Below are positions 1 to 13,699 of a stretch of 64,000 nt of DNA, piece by piece. The DNA is from Octopus vulgaris. Its lineage: Eukaryota. The stretch lies in contig OX597819.1 of NCBI GenBank assembly GCA_951406725.2, forward strand, positions 48,608,001 to 48,672,000. The letters are read 5' to 3'. Below the pieces are notes generated by a model that searched no databases, was not told where the DNA came from, and saw only the letters and a program-made list of their open reading frames with translations. The first letter of the stretch is position 1. Every line of letters begins with the position of its first letter. The translations under genes and the position numbers were made by a program.

Positions 1-72
1 TCACGTTGTTCTTTTTTCTTGCTTGTTCTAGTTTGGATTGACTATATATATATATATATATAATTAAAAATG

Positions 73-119
73 AGGGTGTCTGAGAGACACCACCATGCCG
101 AAATAACAGTCGAAACCCT
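73..119 (+). ncRNA. Decayed type I hammerhead ribozyme-like motif
   Basis: agggtgtc/gaaaccct stem I (7/8 pairs), shortened core TGAGA, stem II gaca/tgcc, GAAA...GTC; next to a (TA)n tract. Confidence 0.4.
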
Positions 120-338
120 GACTATAAAAACCACATTAAATGTTCGTTATTATATTCACTGCAGTGTTTATTTTAACCATATCGTGCTTATGGGGTGTTT
201 TGGCGGGCAATTTAACTGGCCGTGTGCATACGTACATATGTATGTATGTATGGACGTTCGTATATGTAAGTATATCGTTTGTTCTGCATATATATATCTG
301 TATTTATGTATATATATATATATACACACACATACACT

Positions 339-379
<41 letters not shown>

Positions 380-380
380 A

Positions 381-431
<51 letters not shown>

Positions 432-669
432 GGGTATGTATTTTAGAGATTTTATTGTTTTAGCAAAGAATCTCTGCTTTTGTTAATTTCAACAGTTCTT
501 CAGAAACCAAAAGATTTTGGATACGTAAATGTAAATGCGGCAAAATTATTTTCAAACAGGTTTTTGTTATCCAAGCATTATAAATATGGTGTCAAAGAAA
601 TTAGAGATAGAAAGAACAATCAAAGTCATTACATATCAAGTGTATCTTTTTACTTTTGATGAGTAAATA

Positions 670-1265
670 GTGTGATGTGGGCTCTGAATGCAGAAGACAT
701 GTGAAGGTTAAAGAGGAATGAGGCTAGTATGTTTCACTGGATGTCTTAATGTAAGTGTTCATGTTCGACAGAGTGTTAGTGTATTGAGAGAGAAGTTAGA
801 CATAAGAGGAATTAGATGCTGTGTACAAGAGAGAAGATTACACTGGTTTGGTCATGTGATGTGGATGGATGCCAACAGCTCCATAAAGAATTGCTGGTCT
901 CTCAAAGTAGGTAGAACATGTAGAAGTGGGAGACCCAGGAAGACATGGGACGAAGTACTGAAGAATGATCTCAGGAGAGATGGCAAAGGACTGGGATGCC
1001 TAGCGACTTGCTGTACTCAAGAAGACCTATGATCCACAGCCAAAGTGTTAAGTCTGACCTCACTGGTGGAGAGTTGTCCTACAAAAGTCCTGTGCCGGTG
1101 CCATGTAAAAAGCACTCATGTGGTGTCACATAAACGCACTCAAGAGGTGCCATGTAAAAACATCCAATACACACTGTAAAGTGGCTGGTGTTAGGAAGGG
1201 CATCTGGCTGTAGAAACCATGCCAAATCAGACTGGAGCTTGGTGCAGCTCTGCAGCTTGCCAGCT
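670..1265 (+). mobile_element. RTE-clade LINE 3' fragment (end of RT ORF plus part of 3' UTR)
   Basis: Peptide VHVRQSVSVLREKL..VQERRLHWFGHV..GRPRKTWDEV matches the ORF at 51695-52591; followed by the ttaggaagggcatc tail motif. Confidence 0.85.
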
Positions 1266-2275
1266 CTCACCAATATGGTGTGTGGGGCATTGTTTCCCAT
1301 TCAAACTGCTCCAGCCTTTCGAATGTCATCCTCGCTGTATGTGGCTGAGCATTATCCTGATGGAAGAACACCTTTTGCCTTGAAACCAAAGATGGTCGTT
1401 TTCCTTCTAGCACTGACTTAAGCTGCTCAAGCTACTCACAGTAGATCTCCTTTGTTATCATTTGGTTTGGGTTTAAAAGTTCAAAGTGCACTAAACCATT
1501 CATATCCCACCACACAGATAACAACACCTTACGTAGGTGAAGACCTTCTTTAGCCTGGGGTGCCAGTGTTTCTCCTTTCCCTACTCACTGTCTTCAGCAC
1601 TTGACATTTTCATAGCGAACCCATTTCTTATCACTAGTCACGATTTGGTCCAAACAAAAAGGTTCATTCATGAGATGTTACAGCAAAGAAGTGTACACAT
1701 TCACTCTCTGCATGCAATCAGACTTGGAAAGTTTGTGAGGAACCCATTGACCTAATTTGCTGACTATTTCGATGGCACACAGGAGTCGATGAATGGTTGA
1801 ATGACCAAATCTAAACTTCTCTGCTAGTTTCTCAACAGTTACAATGGGATTTTTTTTCCACCTGGGTTTGCAGGACATCCTCATTGCGCTCTACAGATCT
1901 TCCAGGATGAGGCTCGTCTTCTAGGCTATAGTTTCCAGCTTGGAATTTCCGGAACCGCTGTTGACACTGGTTTACACTTATTGTCCGATCCCCATACACT
2001 GCATTAATATTCCTTACACTTTTCGTTATGTTGTTGCCTTTATTGAAATCATAAAGCAAAATATGCCGAATATGCTCCTTTGTCACTTCCATTATAGCTT
2101 TGAAAAAAATAACTGTTAAAATCGAACTACACTCTTCAAAGCTTGTACTAAGAATAAATACAAGGTAAAATTATTACCTGCTTTTATAGCAAGTTGATGC
2201 AGGTAGTTTATCCCATCCCTCTCCAACTTTTAGTTCATGCAATTGAAAAAACCACATTATTTATGAGATGACTCA

Positions 2276-2276
<1 letters not shown>
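1266..2276 (-). mobile_element. Mariner transposon, decayed, 3'-truncated transposase
   Basis: MEVTKEHIRHILLYDF..., WVPHKLS, VWWD, FHQDNAQPH motifs across frameshifts/stops; terminus at 2276 followed by TA. Confidence 0.9.
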
Positions 2277-2353
<77 letters not shown>

Positions 2354-2747
2354 TATATATAGTAAGTATATTTTCAGTGACCAGTGGTTGTGTGTAACCT
2401 TGTTATGCCAATGACCAATGAGAACCATGTAATTTTCTCTGACTGATTCCGTGTTGTGTCATTTTTGAGTGACTTAACCCAGCTGTGTTTTTGTCTATAT
2501 GGCCAGTTGTTGTTTTTTCATTGTTGTCTGATGTACCCAATCATTTGTTGTCATTTTTCTAATAAACTCAAACACACAGCACCGTAATACAATATAATCC
2601 AACGTTACTTAAAATACATCAAACCCTTATTTATAATTATTATAACCCTTACCAAATATGGTCTTTTCCATACCGATAAATCTACTAGGTGAAATTGATT
2701 AATTTTATTAAATTAATTACATTCCACCCTTTATTGCATATATATAA

Positions 2748-3495
2748 TGTGGCCGTAGCCAGTACCGCATCGAATGGCCTCTGTGCTGTGGGCACGTAAC
2801 AAACACCATCCGATCGTGGCCGTTCGCCAGCCTCATCTGGCACCTATGTCGGTGGCACATAAAAACACCATCCGAAGACCCGGCAAGACTAGTCAGGCCA
2901 TAACCCGTGGCCCTTACCTGGGACGTAGTCAGTCCACCTGTGCTTACCTTCCTTCTTGTGACACTTGTGAAGACCTGTTGAGGCAAGTGAAAATCAAAAC
3001 AAATCAAAATAGATGAACATCAATGGAATTTGTATCTTTGTGGAAAATACCAGTGCCGGTGGCACGTGGCACACAAGAAAACCATCCGAACGTGGCCGTA
3101 GCCAGTACCGCATCGACTGGCCTCCGTGCTGTGGGCACGTAACAAACACCATCCGATCGTGGCCGTTTGCCAGCCTCATCTGGCACCTGTGTCGGTGGCA
3201 CATAAAAACACCATCCGAGCGTGGCCGTCTGCCAGCCTCGTCTGGCACCTGTGTCGGTGGCACATAAAAAAACACCATCCGAGCGTGGCCGTTTGCCAGC
3301 CTCGTCTGGCACCTGTGTCGGTGGCACATAAAATCACCCACTACACTCTCGGAGTGGTTGGCGTTAGGAAGGGCATCCAGCTGTAGAAACACTGCCAGAT
3401 CTGACTGGACTGGTGCAGCTTTCGGGCTCCCCAGACCCCAGTTGAACCGTCCAACCCATGCTAGCATGGAAAGCGGACGTTAAATGATGATGATA
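2748..3495 (+). mobile_element. RTE 3' UTR/tail copy with about 7 internal 60-70 bp units
   Basis: Repeated ggcac(g/a)taaaaacaccatccga units, ttaggaagggcatccagctgtagaaac, (gat)n end. Confidence 0.85.
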
Positions 3496-3611
3496 TATAG
3501 TTATTTGTATCTATCTGTCTATCATCTAACTATCTATCTGATTGAATCTTCCATGTATTAACATGTATCTCCTTGCGACAATGTAAACTTTCATTTAATC
3601 AAGATATCCTT

Positions 3612-3696
3612 GGCCTGAAGAGTAACCTGCAGTATACACCTTGCTTGGATATTTACCACTTCTGAGGGTCCACTTGCTATGAGACATATGTAGCAC
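3612..3696 (+). ncRNA. Decayed hammerhead-like motif
   Basis: CTGAAGA at 3615; GAGAC-ATAT-GTA at 3681-3692 (GAAA mutated); weak stems. Confidence 0.35.
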
Positions 3697-3740
3697 AGCG
3701 GATTTTATCTACTCAATTCCTTAACTCTTATATATATATA

Positions 3741-3947
3741 TGATGGGGTGCTGAAAAAGTTCCTGACTTTAAGGGTATCACAAAAGGCTTGGTTGGAGGC
3801 CCAACCTTCTAAGTTCTTTTACTGGGCTTAGAAAAACTGAAGGGCCGCTGCAGTAAGTGTGTGAATCTGAGAGGAGAACATGTTGAATAAAATCATAAGC
3901 AACTGATCCTCCTGTATTTTCTTTCAATAAAAGCAAAGAACTTTCAT
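3741..3947 (+). mobile_element. Mariner-derived MITE (second copy 29548-29762)
   Basis: Terminus ggggtgctgaaaaagttcctg after TA; inverse similarity to 29548-29762; transposase C-terminus-like KCVNLRGEHVE*. Confidence 0.7.
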
Positions 3948-4099
3948 ACACACACACACACACACACGCATACATAAATACATACATAAATAAATACGAA
4001 GCTCTAACCAAAATATGACTAAGTTTTAACAAGAACTCTTTTTTTTCATGAATAATCTTTTTTTTCATATCATCTTAAAAATCTTTTTAAGTTCAATTT

Positions 4100-4440
4100 G
4101 CTGCAGTGCAATAAATTTCCTAAGATCCATTGATGTTTCAAGATCTTCCAAACTTTTCAAGTCTTTATCTTCTGAAAGCAATGGTTCAGATGGTTGTTGC
4201 TATTGATGCTTTTTAAAAAAAAAAAAAAAACTTTTAAGAGCAAATCATGAGACTGCTGTTGCATATATTTTGTAGTCAATAATACCAGACTTTGAGACCA
4301 TTGATGTATCAGTTGCTCTCAGCAACCAAGAAATAGTTTGAATGTAATATCTAGCATTAGTTTGTTCTTAAGAGGTATTCCTGTGTGTTGGGTTTTGCAT
4401 TATATTTTGCTATTAATATAGATATCATGACTAATCTTAT
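4100..4440 (-). mobile_element. Possible highly decayed Penelope-like GIY-YIG region
   Basis: Minus-strand PLKKQTNARY resembles the PLE motif preceding the GIY-YIG domain; heavily disrupted. Confidence 0.25.
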
Positions 4441-4729
4441 ATTTTATTTTGGGATATTCTATAGTTGTATTATTAACTAACGTTTTTATTTTATTTAATT
4501 TTGTTGTTTTTGTCTTGTGCTGTTATTATTATTATTATTTATATCCAGCCTAGCTCTCTTGTTGTTTAGTCCCATGCCAGGTTGACTGATTAGACATACA
4601 ATCAAAAGCATTCCAGCCATGGCCGTCCCATCAATTATTCAGGCATCTCATATAATTTTACATTACTAATTATAGCATTAGTTATCTTTTTTTAAGATGC
4701 TATAGTGTTTTTAAAGAAGTTTAGTTACT

Positions 4730-4930
4730 ATTTATATGATATAATATGCTGTCATAAATATAAATGATATAGTGTGCTGCAGTTAATATATATGATAAAG
4801 TGTGCTGTAATGTATACATGTGATAAAATGTGGTGTAATTAATATATATGATAAAGTGTGCTATAATATGTATATATATGATATACTCTGCTGCAATAAA
4901 TATATATGATATAGCATGCTGTAATATGTA
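4730..4930. repeat. Degenerate ~28-30 bp minisatellite, resuming at 5833-5995
   Basis: Unit atatgatatagtgtgctg(c/t)aataaat repeated on both sides of two RTE-tail insertions. Confidence 0.75.
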
Positions 4931-4964
4931 TGTGTATATATGTATATATATGTATGTATTTTTG

Positions 4965-5011
<47 letters not shown>

Positions 5012-5015
5012 GTAT

Positions 5016-5318
5016 CCCGTGTCGGTGGCACGTAAAAGCACCATCCGTTCGTGTCCGTTGCCAGCATCGCCTGGCCCCGTGCCGGTGACACGTAAAAGCA
5101 CCATCCGTTCATGGCCGTTTGCCAGCTCTGTCTGGCACCTGTGCAGGTGGCACGTAAAAACACCCACTACACTCGCGGAGTGGTTGGCGTTAGGAAGGGC
5201 ATCCAGCCGTAGAAACACTGCCAGATCTGACTGGGCCTGACGAAGCCTTCCAGCTTCACAGACCCCAGTTGACCTGTCCAACCCATGCTAGCATGGAAAG
5301 CGGACGCTAAATGATGAT
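5016..5318 (+). mobile_element. RTE 3' tail copy
   Basis: Three ggcacgtaaaagcacc units, conserved tail, (gat)n. Confidence 0.85.
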
Positions 5319-5322
5319 ATAT

Positions 5323-5833
5323 ATCATCATCATCATCATCACCACTATCATCGTTTAACATCTGTTTTCCATGCTGGCATGGGTTGGACAGTTTGACTAA
5401 GGTCTGGAAAGCCAGTGGCTGCACCAGGCTCCAATCTGATCTGGCAATGTTTCTATAGCTGGATACCCTTCCTAACTTCAACCATTCCGAGAGTGTAGTG
5501 AGTGCTTTTTACAGGCATCTGGCAGAGGAACCAGTCAGGCAGCCCTGGCATTGATCATGTTTGGATAGTGCTTTTTACATGCCGCTGTCACAGGAGCCAG
5601 TCGGTGGTTACTGGCATTGGCCATGTTTGGATGGTGCTTTTTATGTGCCACCAGCACAGGAGCCAGTCAGGTGGCCCTGGCATCAATCACATTTGGGTAG
5701 TGCTTTTTACATGTCACCGGCATGGGAACCAGCCAGGAGGCACTTGCATCGACCTTATTCAGATGGTGCTTTTTATGTGCCACTGGCATGGGAGCCAGTC
5801 AGGCGGCACTGACATTGACCATGTTTGGATGGT
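5323..5833 (-). mobile_element. RTE 3' tail copy, older, about 5 units
   Basis: (cat)n then reverse tail with repeated ggatggtgctttttatgtgcc units. Confidence 0.85.
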
Positions 5834-6055
5834 TGTGCTGCAATAAATATATATGATATAGCGTGCTCTAATGTATATATATATATATATTAAATTTGTT
5901 TATGGGAAATGTTTTGAATATGCAAATAAAGCTCCAATTCTATTATGCTGGCCACACACACATGATATAGTGTGCTGAAATAAATATATGATATGGCAAG
6001 TCCACATTTCTCCTTTAAGAGCATAGGGTTAATTTCCTGGTTTCTCTGGCATATA

Positions 6056-6619
6056 TTGGATTGTCCAGAAAGTTTGTGCCGATTTATAGTAGCTTACTTT
6101 TCGACTTATTTTAGAACATGGTTGAGTCCATAATATAGGATTTGACTACACCTCCATTTAGAGTACAGTTTAAGCTATCTTTTTGTGGAAAAAGGTTTAT
6201 GTTCCTATAACCTGTGTTAATTCTGTAACCCTTTAAAATGGAAGATAAGAAAGTTCATTTTCGGCACTTGATGCTTTGGGAACCAGACAAAAATTGCTGC
6301 AGCTCAGCTGGGATGAGTTACCCCACCCTCCATATTCACCAGATATTGCTCCTTCGGATTTCCACTTATTCAGGTCTTTGCAGAATAGTCTTGATAGAAA
6401 AATTTCAATTCCTTGGATGACGTAAAAAGATACCTTGATGAATTCTTTGCCATGAAACCACCTCAATTCTGGGAAGATGGTATTTTCAAGTTAAAGAAAA
6501 GATGGAGATGCATTGTGCAACAAAATGGTTCATATTTGGTTGATTAAAAATGTAATGGCAAGTATTTATTGACCTTTTCTTTCCTTTAAAAGTTGGCATG
6601 AACTTTCTGGACAACCCAA
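6056..6619 (+). mobile_element. Internally deleted mariner with both TIRs
   Basis: TIRs ttggattgtccagaaagtttgtgccga / ttggcatgaactttctggacaacccaa flanked by TA; MEDKKVHFRHLML joined to WDELPHPPYSPDIAPSDFHLFRSLQ. Confidence 0.92.
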
Positions 6620-6624
6620 TATAT

Positions 6625-6810
6625 TCCTTCATGGATGAGAAACTGCTCTGTTACAGGATTACTCATTTTAATCAGCTGAGTGGACTGGAGCAACATGAAA
6701 TGCAGTGTTTTGCGCAAAAACACAATGCATTGCCTGGTCCTAGAATCGAAACCACAATCTTATGATCAGGAATTCAACACTCTAACCACTAAGCCATGCA
6801 CCTCCACATG
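6625..6810 (-). mobile_element. tRNA-derived SINE (related copies about 7290-7430, 10270-10580, 20030-20260, 44297-44930)
   Basis: A box tggcttagtgg, B-box-like ggtttcgattc, body ttcatgttgctccagtccactcagctg. Confidence 0.75.
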
Positions 6811-7974
6811 TATGGTATAACTTGATGTAATAGATATGTGATATAGTGTCCAACCTATGCCAGTATGGAAGACAGACATTAAATGACGACGACGACGATG
6901 ACGATGTGTTGCAATAAATATACATTGAAGGTGAGGAAGTGACAGAGTTGTTTGATTCCAGATAAAATACCTCACATTATTTATTCCTACTCTCTGTGAT
7001 CTGAGTTCAAATTCTGCTGAGTTCAACTTTGCCTTTCATCCTTTCAGGGTCGATAAAAAAGTATCAATCTGGGGTGGTATATTGGTGGAACAATTAGAGA
7101 GCGTCAGGTGAGATCCGGGCTCTCTTTTGGTTATGATTATAGGGTTCAGTTGATCCAATCAACCAAAAAGCCTGCTCCTGAAATTAACATGCAAGTGGCT
7201 GAGTACTCCACAGACACTTGTGCCCTTAACTTAGTTTTCAGGAAGATTCAGATTCAGCATGACATGCAGTCTAACAAGGCTGGCCCTTTGAATTATATCT
7301 ACGACCCATTTTCACCAGCTGAGTGCACTGGAGCAACAAGAAATATTGTCTTGCTCAAGGACATGAGACATCGCTGGGAATTGAACTCATGATCTTATGA
7401 CTGTGAGCCAAATACCTTAACCACTAAACCTTCTCAGTATTTGTTCTGCCTCAGCATTCTGACAGCAATGCCTGTAATGACACTTATGCCGAGCTGCAGT
7501 GTCTCAAGTCAGTGTGACCTTTCTCAGATAAACGTTGGTGGCATGGGGTAGGGAGGAGACTTGTATGCATGGGCAGCTACTTACTTTGAGTCTTTTGTTC
7601 ATTATGGAACCTAAGCCATTGATGACTTTTCTCCCCTAATGACTTTGAGCAGTCTTTTCTGTTTCTCTCCAGTTACATCCTTACTCTTTTGACCTTGCAG
7701 TTTACTTTCAGATTTTGCCGCAACGGTGTCATACGTTTCTTTTAGAGAAGGACTTCCTCTCTAATGTTTCATTGCTTTTTGAATTCTTTTACTCTTTCAC
7801 TTGTTTCAGTCATTTGACTATGGCCATGCTGGAGCACTGTCTTAAAGGGTTTTAGTTGAAGAAATTGACCCTAGGACCTATTCTTTGTAAGACTAGTACT
7901 TATTCTATCAGTCCCTTTTGCTGAACCACAAAGTTACGGTGACATAAACACATCAACATCGGTTATCAAGCGAT

Positions 7975-8850
7975 CTGCAAGGACTGAAGGCAAGGAGTTG
8001 GCTCTGGACTTCTGCAGTTCACTTTTTCTTTGTGTTCCTGCAATCCTCTTCTCTTCATAGGAAGTGGAACTTCTGCTAGGGCAGCTTCAAGGCAGGGAAG
8101 TCTGATAATTATGTTTTCCAGATGTTGGGATTGATCTCAAGGCTCTTTAATGAAGCTTTGAGTGTATCTTTGAAGTGCTTTTTCTGTCCTCTTTGCATGC
8201 ACTTGCCCTCTGTCAGACATTCAAACAAGGTGGCCTACCTACCTGACTGGGATTCTACTCAGCAGTGTGTTGATGCTTAGTAGATAAACTTGAGAAAGAA
8301 CCTCCATGTTTTTAGGACCTTGAACCTCCAGCGATCTGAATGCTGAGCCCCCCTCCCCACCGGCAATGCACATATCAATGTAATTGTCAATGCTTACAGA
8401 TCTGGGGAGTGTGCTGCTTCTGAGGTGCATGAACTTAACAACAGCCTTCGATATAGAACCAGCTATCACTATAGAATCAGCTATCACTGTCCAAGGGTTC
8501 CCCTTGGACAGTGATAGCTGGTTCTATATACAGCTTCTGCAGGGCAGGTTGATACATGCTCTCTGTCTTCTGAGTACTGATTATGAGGTCAAAATTGTTG
8601 CAGGAAGTAGAAAAGCAGTTCATGCTCTGCTGTGTCTGGGCCTCTGTGGCAATGTTAAGTGCATTGTTGTCTGCAAACAGGAAGTTGCAGACTGAGTCCT
8701 CTTCCACCTTGGTTTTGGTCTGTACCTGCCGCATGCTGGAGAGTTTGCCATCAGTCATGATTTTTATCACCTTGCTGGTTTTGTCATTGTTGCAGAAGGC
8801 CTCTGATAGCATAGCTGAGCACATAATGCTGAGCGGTGTAGGCATGTGTT
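7975..8850 (-). mobile_element. RTE/BovB-like LINE RT remnant
   Basis: DGKL..QTKTKV..FLFADNNAL..QQSMNCFSTSCNNFDLIISTQKTESMYQP; GQKKHFKDTLKASL downstream. Confidence 0.8.
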
Positions 8851-8999
8851 CACATTGGCAAATAACAGTGGTGCTTGTATGTTCAATATAATGCAGTGTT
8901 AGACTCATAAATTTCACAAATCAATGTTTATAGTTGAATTTGTAAATTACTTTGCTTAACTGTAGTTTGTTTTCAAACTTTTATTCTTGCAATTTGATG

Positions 9000-9420
9000 T
9001 TGGTGAAGAGATTTTAAATTTTCTTGCTCTGGTAATATAATTATTAGTGTTACTTTATGATTAAGTGTTATCCATGCTGTGTTCAGTTTAACGAGTGTTT
9101 TTAATAACATATTTCTTTCTTCTAAAGCCAGGAGGCATTTAGTTCATATAATATACTTTATATGTGATGTGTTTGTTTTTACTGGGTGTTGTGTCTGCTG
9201 TAGCTATTGTGCTAAATTGTTTTTGTATTGTTGCATTGTTCAATAACTCAGTCTACTAATTTATTTGAATATTTGTTATTAACCAGCATTTGCTTTATTC
9301 CATTGATTTCTTTGAGTAGTGCTGCCATTTTTCTGAGTCTAGTTGATATTACTGAAATTATATAACTACAGGAACATTTGTTATGATCATGCATAGAAAG
9401 GGCTTTATTAGTGATTATCA
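9000..9420 (-). mobile_element. Penelope-like element ORF remnant (RT thumb/linker)
   Basis: Minus strand reads KEINGIKQMLVNNKYSNKLVD, then KVYYMN*M and IYYQSKK, matching PLE linker motifs. Confidence 0.6.
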
Positions 9421-9658
9421 TGTAGATTAGGGCTTCTCAAATTGACTTCAGAATTCCTAGTAAAAATTGTAGGGTTTCGCAAGATAAGCTGTCTTTAAAT
9501 AAAATTTAAACTGTACTGTCTAAATGGTTTCAGGTTCAGTCCCATGGAATGCCATTTTAGGCAAGTGCTTTCTACTATAAGCTTGGGCTGAACAAAGTCT
9601 CTTGAGTGGATTTGTTAGATGGAAACTAAAAGAAGCCTGTCGCATATATATATGTATG

Positions 9659-9692
<34 letters not shown>

Positions 9693-9799
9693 TGTATGTA
9701 TGTATATACCACTACCACCACCACCACCATCATTTTATGTCCGTTTTCCATGCTGGGAGGAGTTGGACAGTTTGGCAGGAACTGGTAAGGCCAGGGGTT

Positions 9800-10265
9800 C
9801 AAATCAAATCAAATCAAATCAGAAATCAGAACCAAAATTGAAGTCGATCAACATCAATGGAAATTGCAGCTGCGATACCAGTGCTGGTGACACGTAAGCA
9901 AACCATCTGATCGTGGCCGTGGCCAGCGCCTCCCCGACTGGCCTCCGTGCCAGTGGCACGTAAAAAGCACCATCCAATCGTGGCCGTTGCCAGGCTTGCC
10001 TGGCCCCCGTGCCGGTGGCACGTAAAAAGCACCATCTGTCCGTGGCCGTTTGCCAGCCCCGTCTAGCACCTGTGCGGGTGGCATGTAAAAAGCACCCACT
10101 ACACTCACAGAGTGGTTGGCGTTAGGAAGGGCATCCAGCCGTAGAAACACTGCCAGATCAGACTGGGCCTGGTGCAGCCTTCTGGCTTCCCAGACCCCAG
10201 TTGAACCGTCCAACCCATGATAGCATGGAAAGCGGATGCTAAATGATGATGATGATGATGATGAT
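9800..10265 (+). mobile_element. RTE 3' tail copy, 4 units
   Basis: ggcacgtaaaaagcacc units, conserved tail, (gat)n. Confidence 0.85.
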
Positions 10266-10873
10266 ATATAAAGACCCCGCTTCAGTCATGAAGGACCATA
10301 GGATTGTACCTACAAACGTCCAGGCAAGGTCTTTTATGGAAGACCAGCAGTTGCCCATGTCTCCCTTTTTCATGCCACCAGTATTGTTCAAGAGAAGAGC
10401 AAAGTCCAATACAGCTTGGCACCACTGATGTCGCAAATCATTTCTACAGCTGAGTGAACTGGAGCAACATGAAATAAATTGTCTTACTCAAGAACACAAC
10501 ACATAGCCTGGTTCATGAATGGAACTCATGACCTCTCAATTGTAAGCCCGACACTCTAACCACTGAGCCATGCACCTTTACACTCACATATATATATATA
10601 TTTATATACATGTGTGAGTGTGTGTGTTTGTCCTCCACCATTGCTTGACAATTGGTGTTTGCTTGTTAATATCCTCATAACTTAGCAGTTTGGCAAGAGA
10701 GACCAATGTACCAGTAGAAGCTCATAAAAAAAAATGTCTAGCAAAAAATGTTTATCATTTGAAATTAGTAAAGAAAGGGGACAATGTTACTTATTGAAGG
10801 AAAGGGCAACTTTTTCCATGAAACTAAAGTCAATCAAAGACAGATTACTATCGAGTGAAACTAAATTACTATT

Positions 10874-11440
10874 CACACACACATACAAACACATGTGTGC
10901 ACATGCACACAAACACATCCATACACATACAACACACACACATGCATCACACACAGGCAACACACACACAAACATGTGACACACTCTCACACACATGCAA
11001 CACACCCACACTCATGCAACACACACACATGCAATATACACATGGAATACACACACACATGCAACACACACATACACATACAACACACACACACATGCAA
11101 CACCCCACCCCCACACATTGAACACACATTTACACACACACACACACACACACAAATACACACATGCAACATTCACACACATATGCACATGCAACACATT
11201 TACACGCAACACACACACACACAACACACACATACCTGTGCACATGCAGGCAAACACATACACACACATGCAACACACACACATACACACATGCAACACA
11301 CACATATACATGAAACACAAACATATACATAACACACACATACACATGCGACAAACACGCGCACACACACACATGCAGCACACGCACACACACACTGAAT
11401 ACATACACACATGCACACACTCACACACACTAACACATGT
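10874..11440. repeat. Long imperfect (CA)n tract with recurrent cacatgcaa
   Basis: Directly visible. Confidence 0.95.
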
Positions 11441-12544
11441 ATACAGAATTGTACTTGTTTGACAGAAGATTTGATCTGAGATAGTGCCTTTGAAACTGAG
11501 ACAGTTACATCATGGAAGAGTTATGGTAGCTGCTTAAAATACAAAACATATTTGCTTTTGTTTTGCTTTGTATTAATATTACATAAAAGAAACAAAAAGA
11601 AAAATGCTGCACATCTATATCCTGGTCATTGACACTTTCCTACTGAATAAATACATTTAGATATGCACTCACTCACACACATACAAAAGCACACACACAC
11701 ACACACACACGTTGAGACATATGTTTGTTTATATTTGGAGGCAAAGCAACCAACAAGCTAACTGGAGATACAGTTACTTTAGAGAAAGCAAATAATTGAA
11801 ATTTGTGACATAAAAAAAGCTCAATGACCATCACCGGAAGTGTTGGAATTTAAAGATGTCAGTTAGATGCCAGAAAAAAAAATTTTGCAGTTGAGATTAT
11901 GTGTGTTTATAGTGCAAGTTATGTCCTGCAACAAGATAGGTGACAACTGGGTCAAACTAGCTGTCACTTTGTTGTCAGTGATGAAAGCAAGTACAAATAA
12001 GTGCTGTGTGAATGTGTGTGTGTGTACATTGTGTGTGTGAGAGAGAGAAAGAGCAAGAATGTGTGTGTGTGAGAGAGAGAAAGAGCAAGAATGTGTGTGT
12101 GTGTGTGTGAATGCGTATGTTTGCAATTTATTTGGTATTCCAAAGAGAAAGTGCAATACTTGTGGCATGTTGTAGTCTTTCATTTAGTTCTTTTTTCTGT
12201 ATGAAGTGATGACTTACTGCTTTTATTGTGATAGTGAAGTTGTTGGTAATTTCAAAATTCCAATGTGGCACTTTCACAAAATTCTATAAGGAAGTTAATT
12301 GAGGGCTTCCTGAACAGATATCCCAGATCATTAAGTGGTGGGTTTGTTATCTGTATGGGATTTATTTATTTATCTATTTATTCTGTTTTTTTTTGGTAGC
12401 CATTGTCAGTGGAGGGAAGAAAAGCAGAGATGAGCTGATATTTCTGATGGAGTGGATATAATGTTATTTGCATACAAAGGGTTACAATTGAATATGGTTA
12501 AGGGGAATTAAAATGAAAAGCTGGTGGTTGAAATAAGTAATCCA

Positions 12545-12953
12545 CAAGGGATGTCTACCTTGTGGAAGAAGGAGACCCAGGAAGACATGGGATGAAGCTG
12601 TGAAGGCCAATCTCAGAATGCTAAGCCTTATGAAGGAGATAACAAAGGATCAAGATCTGGCTCCTTGCTGTACTCAAGAAGACCTATCCACCACAGCAGA
12701 CGTGGTACTGGTACTGCTGCCACATGAAAAGTATTGTGCTGGTACCATGTTAAAAGCACTGGTGCTGGTGCCACTTAAAAAACACCTAGTACACTCTGAA
12801 AAGTAGTTGGTGTTAGGGAGGGCATCTGGCCATAGAAACCATGCCAGAACAGACAATGGAGCCCGTTGTGGCACCTGGTCAAATTGTCTCTGGTTAAACC
12901 ATCCAACCCATGCCAGCATGGAAAACAGACGTTAAATGATGATGATGATGATG
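12545..12953 (+). mobile_element. Old RTE 3' fragment
   Basis: GRRRPRKTWDEAVKANL, then tail and (gat)n. Confidence 0.8.
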
Positions 12954-13699
12954 TGAAAGTATGTGGGCTAGTGTTCGGGGTGTTATGCTTACAATCTTTA
13001 GGTTGTTGGCTTAATCCCTGCACTGGGCAGCATATTGTGTCTTCGTGTAAGGGTCTTTGTTTCATGTCGCTCTAATCTGCTCTGCTGAAAATGAGTACCA
13101 GCTCTCTCTCTCTCTAGCTTTCACATTTTGAATGCTCTGTTGGATCAAAAACAGGAGAGCCAAGAAGGTGACTATGTCAGCTTATGACTATTTAGGTACC
13201 TGAAACAATTAGTGAAAATATGATACATGTTACCAAGCCATATTGACTTGTGAGTGACAGCTGTTGTTTAGTTTTAAGGAATGCCTGAAATAATTCTTTC
13301 TAACATTGGCACAAGGCCTGAAATTTGGGGGAGGTCGTTAAGTCAATTAAATTCACCCCAGTACTTGAGCATTACTGTATTTTACTGACCCTAGGCCAAA
13401 TTGATCTTAGCAGGATTTGAACTAAGAACAAATACCTTGAAGCATTTTGTCCAGTGCTCTCATGATTCTGCCAATCTACTGTCCTAAAGGAATACTTGAA
13501 GTAATGGTAATCTGTTATTAGTGACATTATGACTGCATGCCAAGTTAGAAATTCTGTAATGAAGTGGTTCCTCTAAATAACTAAGTTGAAACAGAAAAAA
13601 GTTCTCGTCAGAAACTATTTTTTTCCTACACTAGTTTAAAAGACTCATTGAAGTTGTATTGGAGTTGTTAAATTTAGATAAGTCAGTTTATAACATAGA

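Noticed and set aside
2748-3340. CRISPR-like repeat/spacer look of the ggcacgtaaaaagcacc arrays
   Set aside because: The spacers are homologous to each other, the arrays lie in RTE 3' UTRs, there are no cas genes and the context is eukaryotic.
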